A stretch of DNA of 63,640 nucleotides, filler included, from Choristocarpus tenellus KU-1152 (Eukaryota > Protista > Phaeophyceae), in NCBI GenBank assembly GCA_964200185.2. It is 11 parts of 11 records of this genome, joined end to end, with 100 filler letters (N's around TTAATTAATTAA, not from the genome) between each part and the next. Parts side by side here need not be neighbours in the genome. Positions count along the whole stretch, not along the records: positions 12,169 to 20,957 come from CAXNAD020004330.1; positions 21,058 to 25,197 come from CAXNAD020016015.1; positions 25,298 to 30,842 come from CAXNAD020010461.1; 8 more parts are not named here. One strand, written 5' to 3'. Below, piece after piece: positions 12,169-25,805 of the stretch. Every line of letters begins with the position of its first letter. Positions within the stretch are counted from its first letter, which is position 1. Below the pieces are notes generated by a model. That model was not told the DNA's origin. It saw only the letters and a program-made list of their open reading frames with translations, and searched no databases. A program made the position numbers and the translations under genes.

Positions 12169-13430
12169 GGTACACGCCAGCACGGCCCACAGGATATGAA
12201 AAAAAAAAATCACACAGGTGTAAGCCGGTATCGTTCTAAGTTTCAGCACAACCAGAACACAGTGAAGTACCAAGAACTTCAATACTATTCATGATTGGAA
12301 ACATAAATAGTATTGAAGGGGTGGGGGGCAGGGGGAAGGGCGGGTGAAACCACATGGGGTAGAGGGTTTTGTGTACAATTAGGAGGGCAGGCACCTACAC
12401 AGGTCAGACTAAACAAAATATGATATCAAGTAGGGTGGATGGGGGTGTGTGTGAGTGTGTGAACCCAATTGGGGGCACGGGGGTTTTGTATAGAATTAGA
12501 TAGCAGGATGCCACCTGTACCGGTTGATTGGACATACAAGATTTATATAGTCGTTGAATAGCTAAATCCTCTCTTCTTATACAAAACGGGAAAGTTTGCA
12601 ATTAAATCACCTCCTACTTCAAATCTAACCTCAAATCAGGACACACCTTCACAACGCAATACAGCTGTGAGCTAGCTTCTTGCAGGCGTATCTGGCAAGT
12701 ACGTATCGATTTAATACTACTGATCGTCATCAATGAGGTGGGAAATATGCACTCGTGTACACAAAAATACACCACCGGTGGAAATACAAGAATCGAAAAC
12801 ATGAACTCTGTTGCAAAAAGAAAAAAACAAACATAAAGATTACAAAGGTTAATGGTCACACAGTCCCCTCCCTCGTTGCGCACTCACCCAGCAGCACTTT
12901 GAACATGAAAAAGAATAAAAAACGAATGTTCACGGGTTTCTTGATGACAGTTACATCAGAAAAACGGAATGAAAACGCCAACCCTAGCCCTAATCCTAAA
13001 CCAAACTCTAGAATAAAGAAAAAGAAAAATTATCTTGGCATACAAAAAACAAGACCTTTAATACACTGGTATCAAATAAAAAACATCACATTTTACTTTC
13101 CCTTTTTTCTTGCCTCTTGTTCTTTGAATGCACCTAACTCTACCATAATGCCTTCTTACAAATAAGAACAATAAAAATATACAGTACATTCATTCTTAAA
13201 ACATTTTTCGTTGGGGCCCTTATCAACTAAAAGAGTGAAACATGTCTTTCCTGAGAACACAACAAAACCAGCACAATATATATATATATATATATATGTA
13301 TTAATATAAATATAAACATAAACATACCCATCAATCACGAACACGTTTTTCCCAGCAGTGGAACATAACATAAATATGAGATCCACCCGGTAGTTGTTGA
13401 ACTGACAACTTGGGCCAGAGGGGAACTCAC

Positions 13431-15312
13431 CTTCATGAAAACTGCAAGGTGGTTGGCTTTGCTCCCATTCAGAAGTGTTCCTATCTCAACAGCAAGCTTC
13501 ATGTGATCCTGCAGGAGAGATTGCACCACATACGGGACAAAGCAGAGGGTGAAGGCGATCGAGACAAGTCTTGACCAAATATGAATACCAACCCAGCACA
13601 CAAAACACAACACACAACAACAGTAACATAAATAAGTTTGTTTTTTTTTAAAGCGCAGTAGATGTCATTGTCAAAATAAAATAAATAGACCCCAAGTGGT
13701 GGATATCTGTATCTACACACATATCTAATCTTGTACTCATCCCCTTACCTTTCCTCTCGATCCTCCATTTAAAATAAAATAAAAAAGAGGGAAAAAAAAA
13801 AAGAATCTCAAGTCAGATTAAATTCTATTTCGAAAAAATGGAGAAATTGCACAGGTCAGATCACCTCGGTGCAATTTCAGGCACGACAACAACACTACCC
13901 AGTCATCCACATCAGTTTTGCCAAGGTGCTCCTATAGTTGTTCAATACTGAATATCGATATTTCCCTGACTAAGAAGAACACCTTCAGTATTTCAAGCAT
14001 GATCCCAAAATGTACAAATGGTGCTCCTGCAACTCCTCCAAAGAAGTAGTTCCCTACCTGTTTAAAACTCTCCGCTCTGCTGCAAAAAAGCACGTGAAAT
14101 GATCGCAGTGCAACACACATAAACAATACAATCCATTCTTAATAATTGGATGAGCAGCGGCCTTAAGGCCCAGTACCTTCTCAAAGGGCACATAGGGCAA
14201 GAGTACTACTGATTGCCTTCCACCTTGTCTACTCTTTGCCCCCGGGTGGTACATGGAGGATCCAGTTGAAGGTTGAAGACCTGGTGTGCGTTACACACAC
14301 AGCGTGCAATGAACACCAACAACCAACACTCCGTCTCCATCACATCTCAACCTAAAACAAGTACATGGGACCACCTAGATGGAGGAACTGCAGCTCACAA
14401 TCCCTGGGGCCAGGGCACCCTCTACCTAGACCATGTTTGGAGGTGGAAAGTCAAACCTTACGACAATGACAGTGGATCCCTTCAAAAGATCTAATGACCA
14501 AAATAGATGGTACTCTTCTCAATTATTATTCTGTCAATTTTGACACACCAAAAAAAAAAGAACCACGTGCTCCTTCAACATGCTCGACTCTCTTCCCCAC
14601 CCCCCCCACCCCCCCCAGGGCACGACAGGAACACAGCACCCCGCTCTTCAAGGACAAACTATAAAATGTTTGTCCAAAACTCAAGGCACGAGCAGCGGCC
14701 CACCCACACGACCAAGTCACCACTCACCAAGGCTATCGAAATCAACCACACACCTGTACTGTCCTGAGCTGAATATTTGATAGCGTTCGACCCCCTGCCC
14801 CGCCCTCAGCCCCGCCAAAGAGCTCCTCTGTGAGGTTGTTGTCGGCCTGCTCCACTCGGTTTCGCTCACGCAAGCGACGCTCCTCGTCAGTCTCGTTGAG
14901 CTGGAGGCGTGTCTCCACTTCTGCCTGTCAATTTTTATTCATTTTTTTCGCTAATAAAAAAGTAGATCACAAAACGTCACTGAATAGATATATATATATG
15001 TATATATATATAGAGAGAGAGAGATATGTGCGTACGGTATCGTATGGCATGGCAGATTCATGCACAAAAGATTAACAATAAATTGGAAAAACTAGAGACG
15101 GTCAACAACCTGTTAATATACTATTGTTTGTCCTATAGTCCTATAGTTAGGGTTAGGGTTAGGCATGTGGGGGGGGGGGGGGGGGGGGGTGGGAGGGGGA
15201 AAGAAATGGTGCCTAACCCATGTATTATGCGGGGGGGAGCGCCCCTTCTTTGTTNNNNNNNNNTATGTTATTTTTTTTTTTTTTTTTTTTTTTTTTGTTT
15301 TTTTTTGTTGGT

Positions 15313-15354
<42 letters not shown>

Positions 15355-17281
15355 GAGGAGAGGAAGAACATTGTACAATTCCCATAACTTGCAAGAAGGA
15401 CGGCACTCTCTCCTTGTGTATATTAGGCTGTATCATCGTACCAAACAACAATAGACAAGAATCGAGATAACGAACAAACCCAAAGTGAGATTTTAGAAAT
15501 AAAAATTGTGAGGTAATTTGAAGAGCAAAAATTATACAAACAGGAAGTAGACGATAATGATAACTAGAACAACAAAAAATATATAGTCAAGGCATCTTAT
15601 CTTGGGTCGTAAGATTTCCAAGAGTTGGATCAATCACAGGCTTGGCTGCCTAGGGCAGACAAAAAGCAATTTACCGAAAAGGAAACTTTTTGCGAGAAAA
15701 GAGACGGCACCGTAAATACGAGTTGGAACAGCACACAACAGCAAAGAGTAGAGGTGAACTTGACGGGGTGCCCTTTCCACATCACAAAGCGTTACAGTTT
15801 GACCCCCATTCTGTCAGCTCATTGTGTCTTGAGACAAAGCAATTTTGACTCCAGTCCAGCTCTATTGTTCAGGGAAGAGGGCTATTGCGAACAATTTGAT
15901 CACTCTGCACTAAGCTGAAGGCGGAGAGTCAGGTTTTGCTCCAAATACCCAGGCCATGCACATAAATTTTCTTCCCCTCTGCCTGGAGAGTATGTTGGGA
16001 AGATTCTAACATTAAAAAAAAAAAGCAATAAAACAAAAATACACCGGGGTATATACATATATACATATACATGTATATACAAGGGGGATCTCTGACAAGA
16101 ACGCAGGGCATCTTAGGAGGGCCCAAGTAATGAGGGTTATCAGGCTGCTCACGTCACCAATTTTACACAATGAAATTACTCTATTTTCTCTTGTTCTCAG
16201 TTCATCACATACATATATATCCTACCCAAGGTGAGATGGGGTACCAAGGTGGGTGGGGGAATTGATTATCGGATGCATTTGGGCAGTATAGGGGCCCTGA
16301 GCTCAGACAACAAATGATGCAATCCCAAAACCTTGAGCCTTCTGCACGTAATTTTTGGCAATGTGACTCATTGCGACTTTCTACACTCACCGCTATCTTG
16401 GCATCCCCTTCTGCAGCTACTTTCGCCGCCTTAGCCGCGCTCATCTTGGGTGCAAGTCCTGGTGCTACCACAGGGACAGTCGCATCTACCTCATCCTGAG
16501 CAAAAGGGTCGTTACAAACAGCGGTTTAGGGAGCTTATGCTTTACCAGGCGCTAGCAAATGGTCTGAAACTGGCAATCACTGTCAACCACAATGTGCATC
16601 GCAAAGATTCCAAACTCCATAGTATTTTCTGCTGAGGAATGCTTAAGTACTCCGCTGGCAAGGGCGCGGAGACGTTTCCTACGGAATACTTGGAAGCCGT
16701 TCTCTTTTCAAGTTGAGTGGGCCTTGGTAGTAGAGGAAGGGGGCAGCGAGTTCATTCGAGAAGTTCAGGTGAACTAATACCCTAAGCCCATGGCAATTCT
16801 TAGACCACAATTGCATTCATTTTCTACATATATTCCGGTCTATGCGAATAGTGTGTGGCAGTAGAAATCAGCCTATCTGTCTGTTCCTCTTTCCTCGTAC
16901 AGACTCTTGGTGATACAAATGAGGGTGGGTGAGAGAGAGAGAGAGAGAAGAGAGAAAACAACGGGTTCAAGGCAAAAGGATACATACGAAAAGAGAGCGG
17001 AAACAACGCAAAAAAGGTAAGAGATTGCGCTATGGCGATAGTCCTGAACGTCAATCATAGACCACCTAGAACAACTACACAGTCCGGGTGGAAGCTACTA
17101 CATTTGAGGAGTGATATCGTTAATGGTGAAGCAACGTGAACAAGAGACATGGTCCTGGTGGGAAGGAAATAGGGGAAAAGAAAATATCCCTCACCTCATC
17201 TTCCCAAGATGCTGGTGCATTGATAGGGGGCACCGTGAAGCTCGGTGGTTCGAAGTCATCGTCTTCCCATGAGTCCGCCAT
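13431..17281 (-). CDS. EIF3J: Translation initiation factor 3 subunit J (eIF3j/Hcr1 family), first four exons; 3' end not found
   Basis: Phase-0 exons at 17281-17195 (MADSWEDDDFEPP..ASWEDE), 16495-16391, 14924-14754 (ETDEERRLRERNRVEQADNNLTEELFG) and 13508-13431. The acidic W-containing N-terminus and the E..AD..L..ELFG motif are typical of eIF3j. Confidence 0.9.
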
Positions 17282-18221
17282 TTTTTAGTCTGTGCCACCG
17301 CCAACAACAAAATGGGAGCAGAAACGTCGTCCCCTCTCCCACGCGTGACTGACCGTTAGTCCAAGTCTATCTCAGCAATGCTTGGACAAGGATAAGATTC
17401 ACAGGGTGCTCTCAGCAAGAGCTATAGGGGAGAGCAAAGTCCGTGGTCCTCTTGCCAGCCTCAAGTAATCAATATTGGTGATAGGAAATTTTCGTGTCCA
17501 GCTTAGGGACGAAACCTTCCTGAGCAAGACACACGCTGAGAAGTCAAAGACGAGCACGGGTAGCTGAGTGCGCTCCTGTTTGTGTCTAGCCAAGGTCAGG
17601 ATTCAATCACGCACTTCTCCTATACGAGACTTGAGAAAGTCGAATCAAGTCGACAGGTCTCCACCACCATCCACTATTACGGGACAAAAAATATATACGC
17701 TGATCGGGACGCGCATAATAAATTTATTGTAGAGTGGGATATGATGGAGAGGGTATATTGATGGCACCAACACAGGAGAGGACATATTGCATTATATATG
17801 TTGATTCGACGTAGTAGTTGGGAGGGAGTCAAGCATGTTGGTCAAGTGTTCATGTGTCATTTTCGTTTATTTGAGCAGAAGTTGTTGCAGTGATGACGGT
17901 TCATAGGGCAATTGGGGGCGGTCGAGTCTGGTCAACAAGAGTGACAGACATGGGCAACCAACCAAAAAGGATTAAATGCGTCTGTGCATCTTCTATAGTC
18001 AGGATATATTGAGGGCGCTTCGCTTCTCAAGACTGGCACATATTGGGTTGGTCTTATGATACAAAAGATGAATGAGAAGAAAGCCCAAATGTACTAGACA
18101 GATTGACAAACGACTGCTTCAAAGACTTGAGCAACGCATTTTGCATCGCTGTATTCCGATTATTGTGACTTTTGTACCTAAGATATTTTCAATATCTGCA
18201 CACATGTGCACTCCAAGCAAT

Positions 18222-18482
18222 CATTCAAATTATCTTAGAGGGTAGAGCCGCGTCTGTTTGGGGGCCAACATCCAATGTTGCAATTTTGATATAATTTTGA
18301 CTATCATGTTTGTTAGGAAGTGCCAATATGCTTGTTCTGGACACACTTTTCATAACGTATACACATTACCTACTCTGAAACATTTCGGATAGGAAAATGT
18401 CATGAAAAAAGCCGTGGGAAGCCAAGCCCCGAACGGACAAACAGGGCAAAACTCGTACCCTAACCCTAAGATACTTTCACTC
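18222..18482 (-). mobile_element. MITE family A, one TIR carrying a CCCTAACCCTAA conversion
   Basis: Full-length homolog whose right end reads GTACCCTAACCCTAAGATACTTTCACTC. The flanking duplication is (C)AAT. Confidence 0.92.
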
Positions 18483-18547
18483 AATGAACAATACTCACCT
18501 TCCTCCAAAGCACTAAGAAGTTCATCACAACTAAGTACTCTCCTGTT

Positions 18548-18767
18548 GAGTCAAAGCATTTAAAAGGGTAGGGCCACGTCCAATCGGGGTCATAAATCCA
18601 ATGTTGCGATTTTGATTCATTTAAGCTATCGTGTATGTTAGCAAGTGTCAAAATCCTTGCTCTGAACACACCTTTCATAGTCCTACACATTATACCTACT
18701 CCGAAATCCGAAATATTTAGAAAACCGAAAAAGGGCAAAACCCCTACCCTCTTCAATGCTTTGGCTC
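18548..18767 (-). mobile_element. Diverged, shorter MITE family A variant
   Basis: TIRs GAGTCAAAGCATTTAAAAGGGTAGGG ... CCCTACCCTCTTCAATGCTTTGGCTC. The body aligns to family A with an internal deletion. No clear TSD. Confidence 0.75.
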
Positions 18768-19686
18768 GATATCACCCAGGGCTTGGGTGTATAACCTGTT
18801 CCTGCTGTGTGGACAGAGTTTCTGACACCACTACTGCAGGGAATACACACAGCACCTGATGTTCTAACTCTTACTGCACTCTCCCATTGGTCTTGACATG
18901 AACCTCCGTCCCTCCCTTAACCCAGCATCACCTTGACAAGTTACTTCTCCCTTTATGACCAAGATGGTGCCAAGGCGAGGGAGACGAACTACTCTACTTA
19001 GTGGTTTTCCCAGCATATCACAGAATTGGCCCAGCTCTAAGATAGAGTAAACAAGAGGAACCCAGATCTCTTGTTCGTTTGCATTTTAAGCCACTTATTT
19101 CTGTGGCAAGATCAACTTGAGGGCGTCTATTTCTCTATTGTTTTTTATTTTAGACAGAGTTCAAAAAAGTCCCTATATCATCATTTCTACAAAAAGTCGG
19201 ATTTTGCACATACTCGTCAGCATCCTTCAAATGCAACCCTAACCCTAACCTCTAACGCCCCATTTCATCTGATTCTCTAATGTCTCATTTCCTCTGACTC
19301 TCTAACGTACTACTACTTCGTCAACACATTGAGGCTCAAGTGCCGCGAGCCCAGGGGAGAAACCAACCCTCTGGAGACAGTTCCTGATGATCCCAACCCT
19401 GTTAGTGGTGTTGGTGGTGTATGCCATCAAGATAGGCAGGCACGACCAGCCCTTCTCTATTGCCCGCCACTTCAACATATGCCTATGTGGGTAGTCTATC
19501 AAAGAAACTCTCTTGGATACCTGCGCAATTGGTGGGAACTAGGGACCTGAGCAGGTACATGTGCTGTAAGGTTGATCAATGTGGATCCACAAGACTGTGT
19601 ATGAGAACGGGTTTGACTTGGAGTGCACGACCCGATGAGGGAGAGGGGGAGCCCATTCTTGTCCTTAGGCATGCATGCCCCTGCAA

Positions 19687-20596
19687 TCATCGGCTAACTG
19701 TGGGCTTCCCGTTGTTGTCGAGTATCACCGGTTTCAGGGAAATCCAGTACCACCTGGCATGAGCACGACAAGACTGAAGCCTATGAGCTATTGGCAACGG
19801 ATCGAGCATGCTGAGTTTTTTTTTTTTGCACAATTCGAGGTGCATTGGCTCCGGGCACGCAACACAGAGCAGTGTGAGAGCAAGGCGTGTGTGCTCGAGA
19901 AGAGAAGAGATTGATTTTTTTTTTTTAACTCGCCAAGCAGATGTAATGTGTTTGTTGGCAAAGACAAGGACCACAGAACCGAACACACTAGGGACGATCA
20001 AACACTCCGGGGGAGCGCATGCACTAGCTTGAAAGGGAACAAGAGTGAAAAAGGGTTGGGAAGATCTTTCCCCACACACAATTGTTTACGGCAAGCACCC
20101 CTTCGAATCTAATCGACAGCCGGGGGAAGAGGACGCCTGCTTCAGAGTGCCCGGGAAAGTCCATCAATAGAGCCAGTGCAATTGTAAATATGTCTGTTAC
20201 AGGCGCTATGCACGCGCAAACGTATACACTACGTTTCGAAAACAAAAAACAAAAAACAAACATGTGAAAGAAAATAAAAAATTCCCGTTCGCCCATGCAA
20301 AAAAGCCTGTGTAACACAATGAACGAAACGAACGAAGTGCATTTGCGTTGAATCATGTCCTACCCCCTCAATCCGAGCGATCATAAATCTCGGCACCAAT
20401 TCTCCACATGTATAGGGCCAGGGTTGCCTTGAAGATCCCGAAACCTTTATTGTCCGTCACTCACCTTCCATAGTCTGCGAAGAGCTCCTCTCCTGCTTCA
20501 ATGCACCGAGTGGCAATCACGAGTGCCTTCCTTTCCTCTGGCATCTTCTGAAATTCCACGTTGTAGAGATTCCTGTTTCGACAATCGTTTATCAAC
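19687..20596 (-). CDS. SET-domain protein (lysine methyltransferase fold), last two exons; 5' part cut by the contig end
   Basis: Exon 20596-20465 (R)LINDCRNRNLYNVEFQKMPEERKALVIATRCIEAGEELFADYG splices in phase to exon 19753-19687 RWYWISLKPV..SR*. This matches the SET signature RxINH/D...ATRxIxxGEELxxDYG. Confidence 0.88.
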
Positions 20597-21685
20597 CTGG
20601 CAACGAACATTGCGAGGACGGGCAGGCGTGCGCGTGTTTTACGTCACGACTACTACGTACCATCCCATATGCTTCTTCTTTTTTTGTCGTAAGAGTGTAC
20701 AAGCGGTGCTATAGATGCCCTTGGGTAAGACGGCATAAATTAGCGCAGAGAATCCAAAGCATACAAAAAACTAACACTCCGAGTTCTACAAGAAGCGAGA
20801 ATATCTTTGTTTGTGGTGCACGTTCTGGAAGTTGAAGTTGCACCACAAACAGGCGGGGTTACACAGAACAAGATTGAGGTTCAAAGTATCTGGGGGAGGG
20901 GTGGGGGGGGGGGGGGGGGGGGGGGCGGCGGGCGCGCGCGCTTAGTCTCTCTTGTGCNNNNNNNNNNNNNNNNNNNNNNNNNNNNNNNNNNNNNNNNNNN
21001 NTTAATTAATTAANNNNNNNNNNNNNNNNNNNNNNNNNNNNNNNNNNNNNNNNNNNNTCCATTCCTCCATACATGTTTTACCGTAACTGTCCGATAGAGT
21101 TGGAAGAGTCTAATCGAACAGAAGACCCATCAACACGAACACTCAATGCACGAAATATGAACCCATTCAGAACACAAAATCAAAACCACTCCTTACCCTC
21201 TTCACATCCTTACTTACCTCTCATGAGCTTGGAGACCTGGATGTAATATAAATACTCCAAATGAGATTGAAGACCCATCAACACATTCAATGCGCAAAAT
21301 ATCCATTCATCCAACACACGAGAACAAACCCTTTGGTTACCTTCCTAGTAGAACAACATACAATTTCCAATTCAAAATAGAAGAACAAGAAGTATGTGCC
21401 ATGCGATTAAAACATAGCCGATGGGTGAGGCAGTTGTCGTTCCTCGGTCTGGTTGACACCTTTCGTCGCGGTCATGGCCCTACTGACGAAACTGGAAGAG
21501 AATGCGTGCAGCTTCATTGTCGTCGATGATAGGACTGATTTCATGGTGTGCGTTTTTCGTACTCGGCTGATAAGACCGTAGACTGAGCAAAACACGGGAA
21601 TATTCCTCCAACCTGGCCCGGGTTTTCGTCTTAGCCTCGGCCTTGCCAGCGCCTGCAGGTTTCGTGGTAACCTTTACAGTGTCAG

Positions 21686-22712
21686 AGTGTGTGTGTTTGT
21701 GTTTGTGTTTGTGTTTGTGCAGTCGTAGTAGTGGTAGTAGTAGCAGTAGTAGTACGCACGACAAGACACCCCACACATCAAGATACGGTCGGTATGCTGC
21801 TGTCATTGCACCAGTCAAGCTCCCTCACCTAGGAGGAATAATTTTTCAACCCGACACCAGACCCATCGACAGAAGCACGATTATCGTTTCAACTGCCCAG
21901 TCTAATCTCCGTGGCCACTCCCTCCCGTGCCACAGCTAGCCAGGTCCAACAACATTTCTTTTTCCTTACATCTATCTGGCATCTCTCTTTCGACCTGCTG
22001 GTCATCACAGCCCACAAAACAGGCCAAGGAGGGAGGTGGTCGTTGTGTCAGCGCGAAAATCAAACAACGGCAACCAACCACTACTCAAGTACGCAAGCGT
22101 ACGTGTTCGTGGCGTTTACTGTGTAACTGCTGCTGCATTACTCTCGAGTATAGTGCATCGTAGTTACGTACATACATTCCTAGTTACGTACGTACAGAGC
22201 AGGTACTGTGGCAGATTTCTCTCTCTATTTTTTTGCTTGTATTTTTGCTGCAGGTGCCAACACCAAAAATACATGAACGACCAATGCAATCAACTCTATG
22301 GGTGCCGTCTATCTGAAATTCCTCGTCATCAGGACTAACACTCATACTGCAGGCATCCTGCACAGAAGAATCGAAGACCACTACCACTAATAAGAGTACT
22401 TTACGTGTGTGTATGTGTGTGTTTGTGCTTGTGCAGTCGTAGTAGTAGTAGTAGTAGTAGTACGCAAGACAAGACACCCCAAACATCAAGATACGGTCGG
22501 TATGCTGTCATTGCACCAGTCAAGCTCCCTCACCTCGGAGGAATAATTTTTCAACCCGACACCAGACCCATCGACAGAAGGAGCACGATTATCGTTTCAA
22601 CTGCCCAGTCTAATCTCCGTGGCCACTCCCTCCCGTGCCACAGCTAGCCAGGTCCAACAACATTTCTTTTTCCTTACATCTATAGATTCTGGCATCTCTC
22701 TTTCGACCTGCT
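21686..22712. repeat. ~310-bp near-identical direct repeat (about 21686-21998 and 22404-22712)
   Basis: Both copies run from a (TG)n/(AGT)n microsatellite through ACAAGACACCCC...CTCTCTTTCGACCTGCT with only small indels. Confidence 0.9.
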
Positions 22713-25301
22713 ATTCATAAACCGGAGGTATTACGTATTGTTCACCTCAACGCTTCTGACTCTTTGTAAATTCCCACGCCCGCCTGTATTCCTTTCTTTC
22801 TCCACCTGGATTGTTAAGTTGTTCCACCTGGTTTTGTTATCTCCATATGTCGTGTACTTGATTTTCTCCTTGGTCTCGTCGTCTTCAGTATTTTGAGGGC
22901 TTCTATGGCTGTGAGGGAATCGCCCTTCTCTAGCCTTGAAAAGTGTTGCCTCTGATTGCCAGATTACTCGCTTATAGTCATAAAATGACTGGCATTTGAC
23001 CGCCATGGTATATACGTTGCCTATGTAGTTCTTTCTTGCTATTCGTTCACTCACATTCCCTATCTGTTTTTCGTGTATTACACTTTTCTTTTATTTCACA
23101 GGTTCCGCTAGAGATCAGTGATTCGGAGTTGTTCCTGCCCAAGGCCAGAGCTGCGAGAACTCTTACAGCAGTTATGACGGATCAACGTGTTAATGCATCG
23201 CGGTCACCTGTCAACAACTTCACCCCCTTTCCACATTGAGCTCGTGGAAAACTCTTGTCTTTCTTAGTATACACAGCGGTTCTTTCAGGTGCTTAGTCTG
23301 CAATCGATGGCCCACGCATCAATAGACAGCTCTTATGTTGAGACGACGTAACGGCAACCGAGTGGTTCATATTTCGGTGAGAGAACACACTCTTTTTGCA
23401 TGGCCAGCGGAAAATCGTGGTAAAGGTTGCCATGTGTTATTTATTTATTTTTTAAGAGAGAGGAAGATGTGACTCGGAAGGCTGCGGCCATAGGCGAGTT
23501 TTGCACTATCGAGCGTACACCGTGGACTCGTGGATGCCTCATTTATATGAAGTTGATTTGGGAGGGATACATAGGCGAAGATCTCATTGATTTGTAACAA
23601 CTCTGCACTCTCCTCCCAAACATCCTAACCAAATTGAAGGCTACAAAACAAACAGGATATTTATCTTTGAAATAAATTGAAGTCAAATTACCCACTAGCA
23701 ATTTCCTAGAGTAATCCTTTGGGGACCAAAACGGTAAACCATCGAATTGAAGTAGAACGGATTATTGATGATCCCATAAGAGAATTATCCGATTGAAGCG
23801 ACTGATACTCATTCTCCCAGCAAATCAAAATGCTCCAAAAAGTTGTATTGTATGCGGGGAAGACTCGAAGCTCCTTTGGGTTGATTACAGATCTGCTTGC
23901 TATGTTTACTAGCATGTCATACACTTCCGCTGCCTCAGCCGAAACCCCGATCGTCAGGCAGAAACTGGGACTATATCACCACAATAGGACGTCCATACAC
24001 GAAGAGGCATCAAGCCAAACTCTACTGTTATGCAGAGAGGTTGTCAACCGTGTAATGGCAGCCCTTACACCGATACTTCAATCTGTATTATCCCAGAACT
24101 CCTAGCCAGTTGTCTGTACTGCCTCAAATACTGAACCTTCCTCTGTTCCCGTCAAACACGGTACCTCGTTTGCTCAAATAAAAAAGAGAAAGAAAGCAAT
24201 GCATCAAAACCCGTTCGACCTGGCATATCCGTTCCCCAGCCGGAGCTTTGAGTCCTACCTGCTTTAGCCACAGACAGGGCGAGCGATAGAAGTCGGCACG
24301 ACTCGGGCAAAGGCTTACCTCCATTTTCTACCTCCACAAGAGACGAAGTCGACATATGGCTAAAGGCACACTGAGTTTGCGTTCATCATGCCTGTAGTCA
24401 AGACTGCTTCACGTCTATAGCTGACGAGTGCAGGTATACGTAATGCGACTTGTTAGTTCCCAGAGGAATCCACTTATACCTTTCGGGGTTTGCTTACCAC
24501 AGCTCAACATGTCAGGCAAAGGTACCTTAAATGCAGCAAACCCCAGAGGGTGCAATATTCTACCAGTGCTGGTACTGAGGTCATGCAAACTTCTAATAGC
24601 GTTTTCCCCAGAGGAAAAAGTGCGCAATATGGCTTTTAGGATAATGGTGGGGTTGCCATACGAAATTATTTTCAGGAACAACATTTTGTGGACAACACTA
24701 GAGTGAACTGTCATTGAGAGAAGGTCAATGCTTCCAACCATCACCACTGCCACCCTGGGTACCTTTTGTCAACATCCCAACACCAAGATCGAGCAGTAAC
24801 AATGTACCCTTGTCAGACCTTAGCAAATGGCATTGTGGCTCAAAGGAAAGTTCTAAGATGGATAGTTGTTAGACTAGGTAACTAAACAGAAGAAATGAAC
24901 AGCTTTACCTTACTACAGTTGGATGTTTATCATACCTTCTAGGACCTTCATAACCCTAACACAAGACCATGCCCAACTAATGTTCCCATCCAAGAACAAA
25001 TCTTGCCCCGAGAGGATGTGTTACGTCTCTTTCCTATTGGTACTAGTGTCAAACATTGTGGAAGGATGTAAGCTGAAGAGACCGGTAGGATAGGGTCCAG
25101 TTTTTGAGTTCAAGTCACCCCATTGGAGGGTAAGGTTGAAGGATGGAGGTAAGGAGGAATTCAGCAGGAGAGAGACGAGTGCCTCCTCCAGAAAAGCNNN
25201 NNNNNNNNNNNNNNNNNNNNNNNNNNNNNNNNNNNNNNNNNTTAATTAATTAANNNNNNNNNNNNNNNNNNNNNNNNNNNNNNNNNNNNNNNNNNNNGTT
25301 T

Positions 25302-25352
<51 letters not shown>

Positions 25353-25805
25353 GTTTTTGTGTTTGGTGTTTGGTGTTTTTTTTTTTGTGTTGCTCGGTTG
25401 TTTTGGGGTTGTGCCTGTAGTTCCCTTTGTATTAGTTTGGGTAGTAATAGAGCGCTGCCGGTACTGTTGAGCACTCCTTTCCCATAGGATAAGGATTGCG
25501 GTTATGTTTGTATCGTTTTAGTTCTGGCTGCCTTTGCCCTATTTTGTCTTTAACATGTTTTACCCGAAGTATTTTTGTTTTTTTGTTTTTTGTTTTATTT
25601 AATTCTCTGCTTAGTGATTTTATTCAGAACAGCAGGAAAAGATGTGTTTGAAAGTAGTGGGAGGGTGACTCTTGTGTGTGATGTAAGCTGTGTGATGTAA
25701 GCCCTTCAATCCTCCCCTCAATGTTTTTTCCCTCTAGAGACAACTTTGCATCTTCTACTTGTCTCTTGGATTTATTTATTTTTTACCTAATTTCTTACGG
25801 CGAAG

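Noticed and set aside
15113-15470. Poly-Gly/Pro/Lys/Phe ORFs
   Set aside because: They arise from low-quality homopolymer runs around an N gap inside an eIF3j intron.
19300-19690. RTRMGSPSP resembling a Penelope-type reverse transcriptase motif
   Set aside because: There is no surrounding RT motif (no YxDD), and it lies directly 3' of the SET gene stop codon.
23700-24760. Protein-like fragments on the minus strand
   Set aside because: Multiple stops and no motif I can assign. Left unannotated pending a frameshift-aware homology search.
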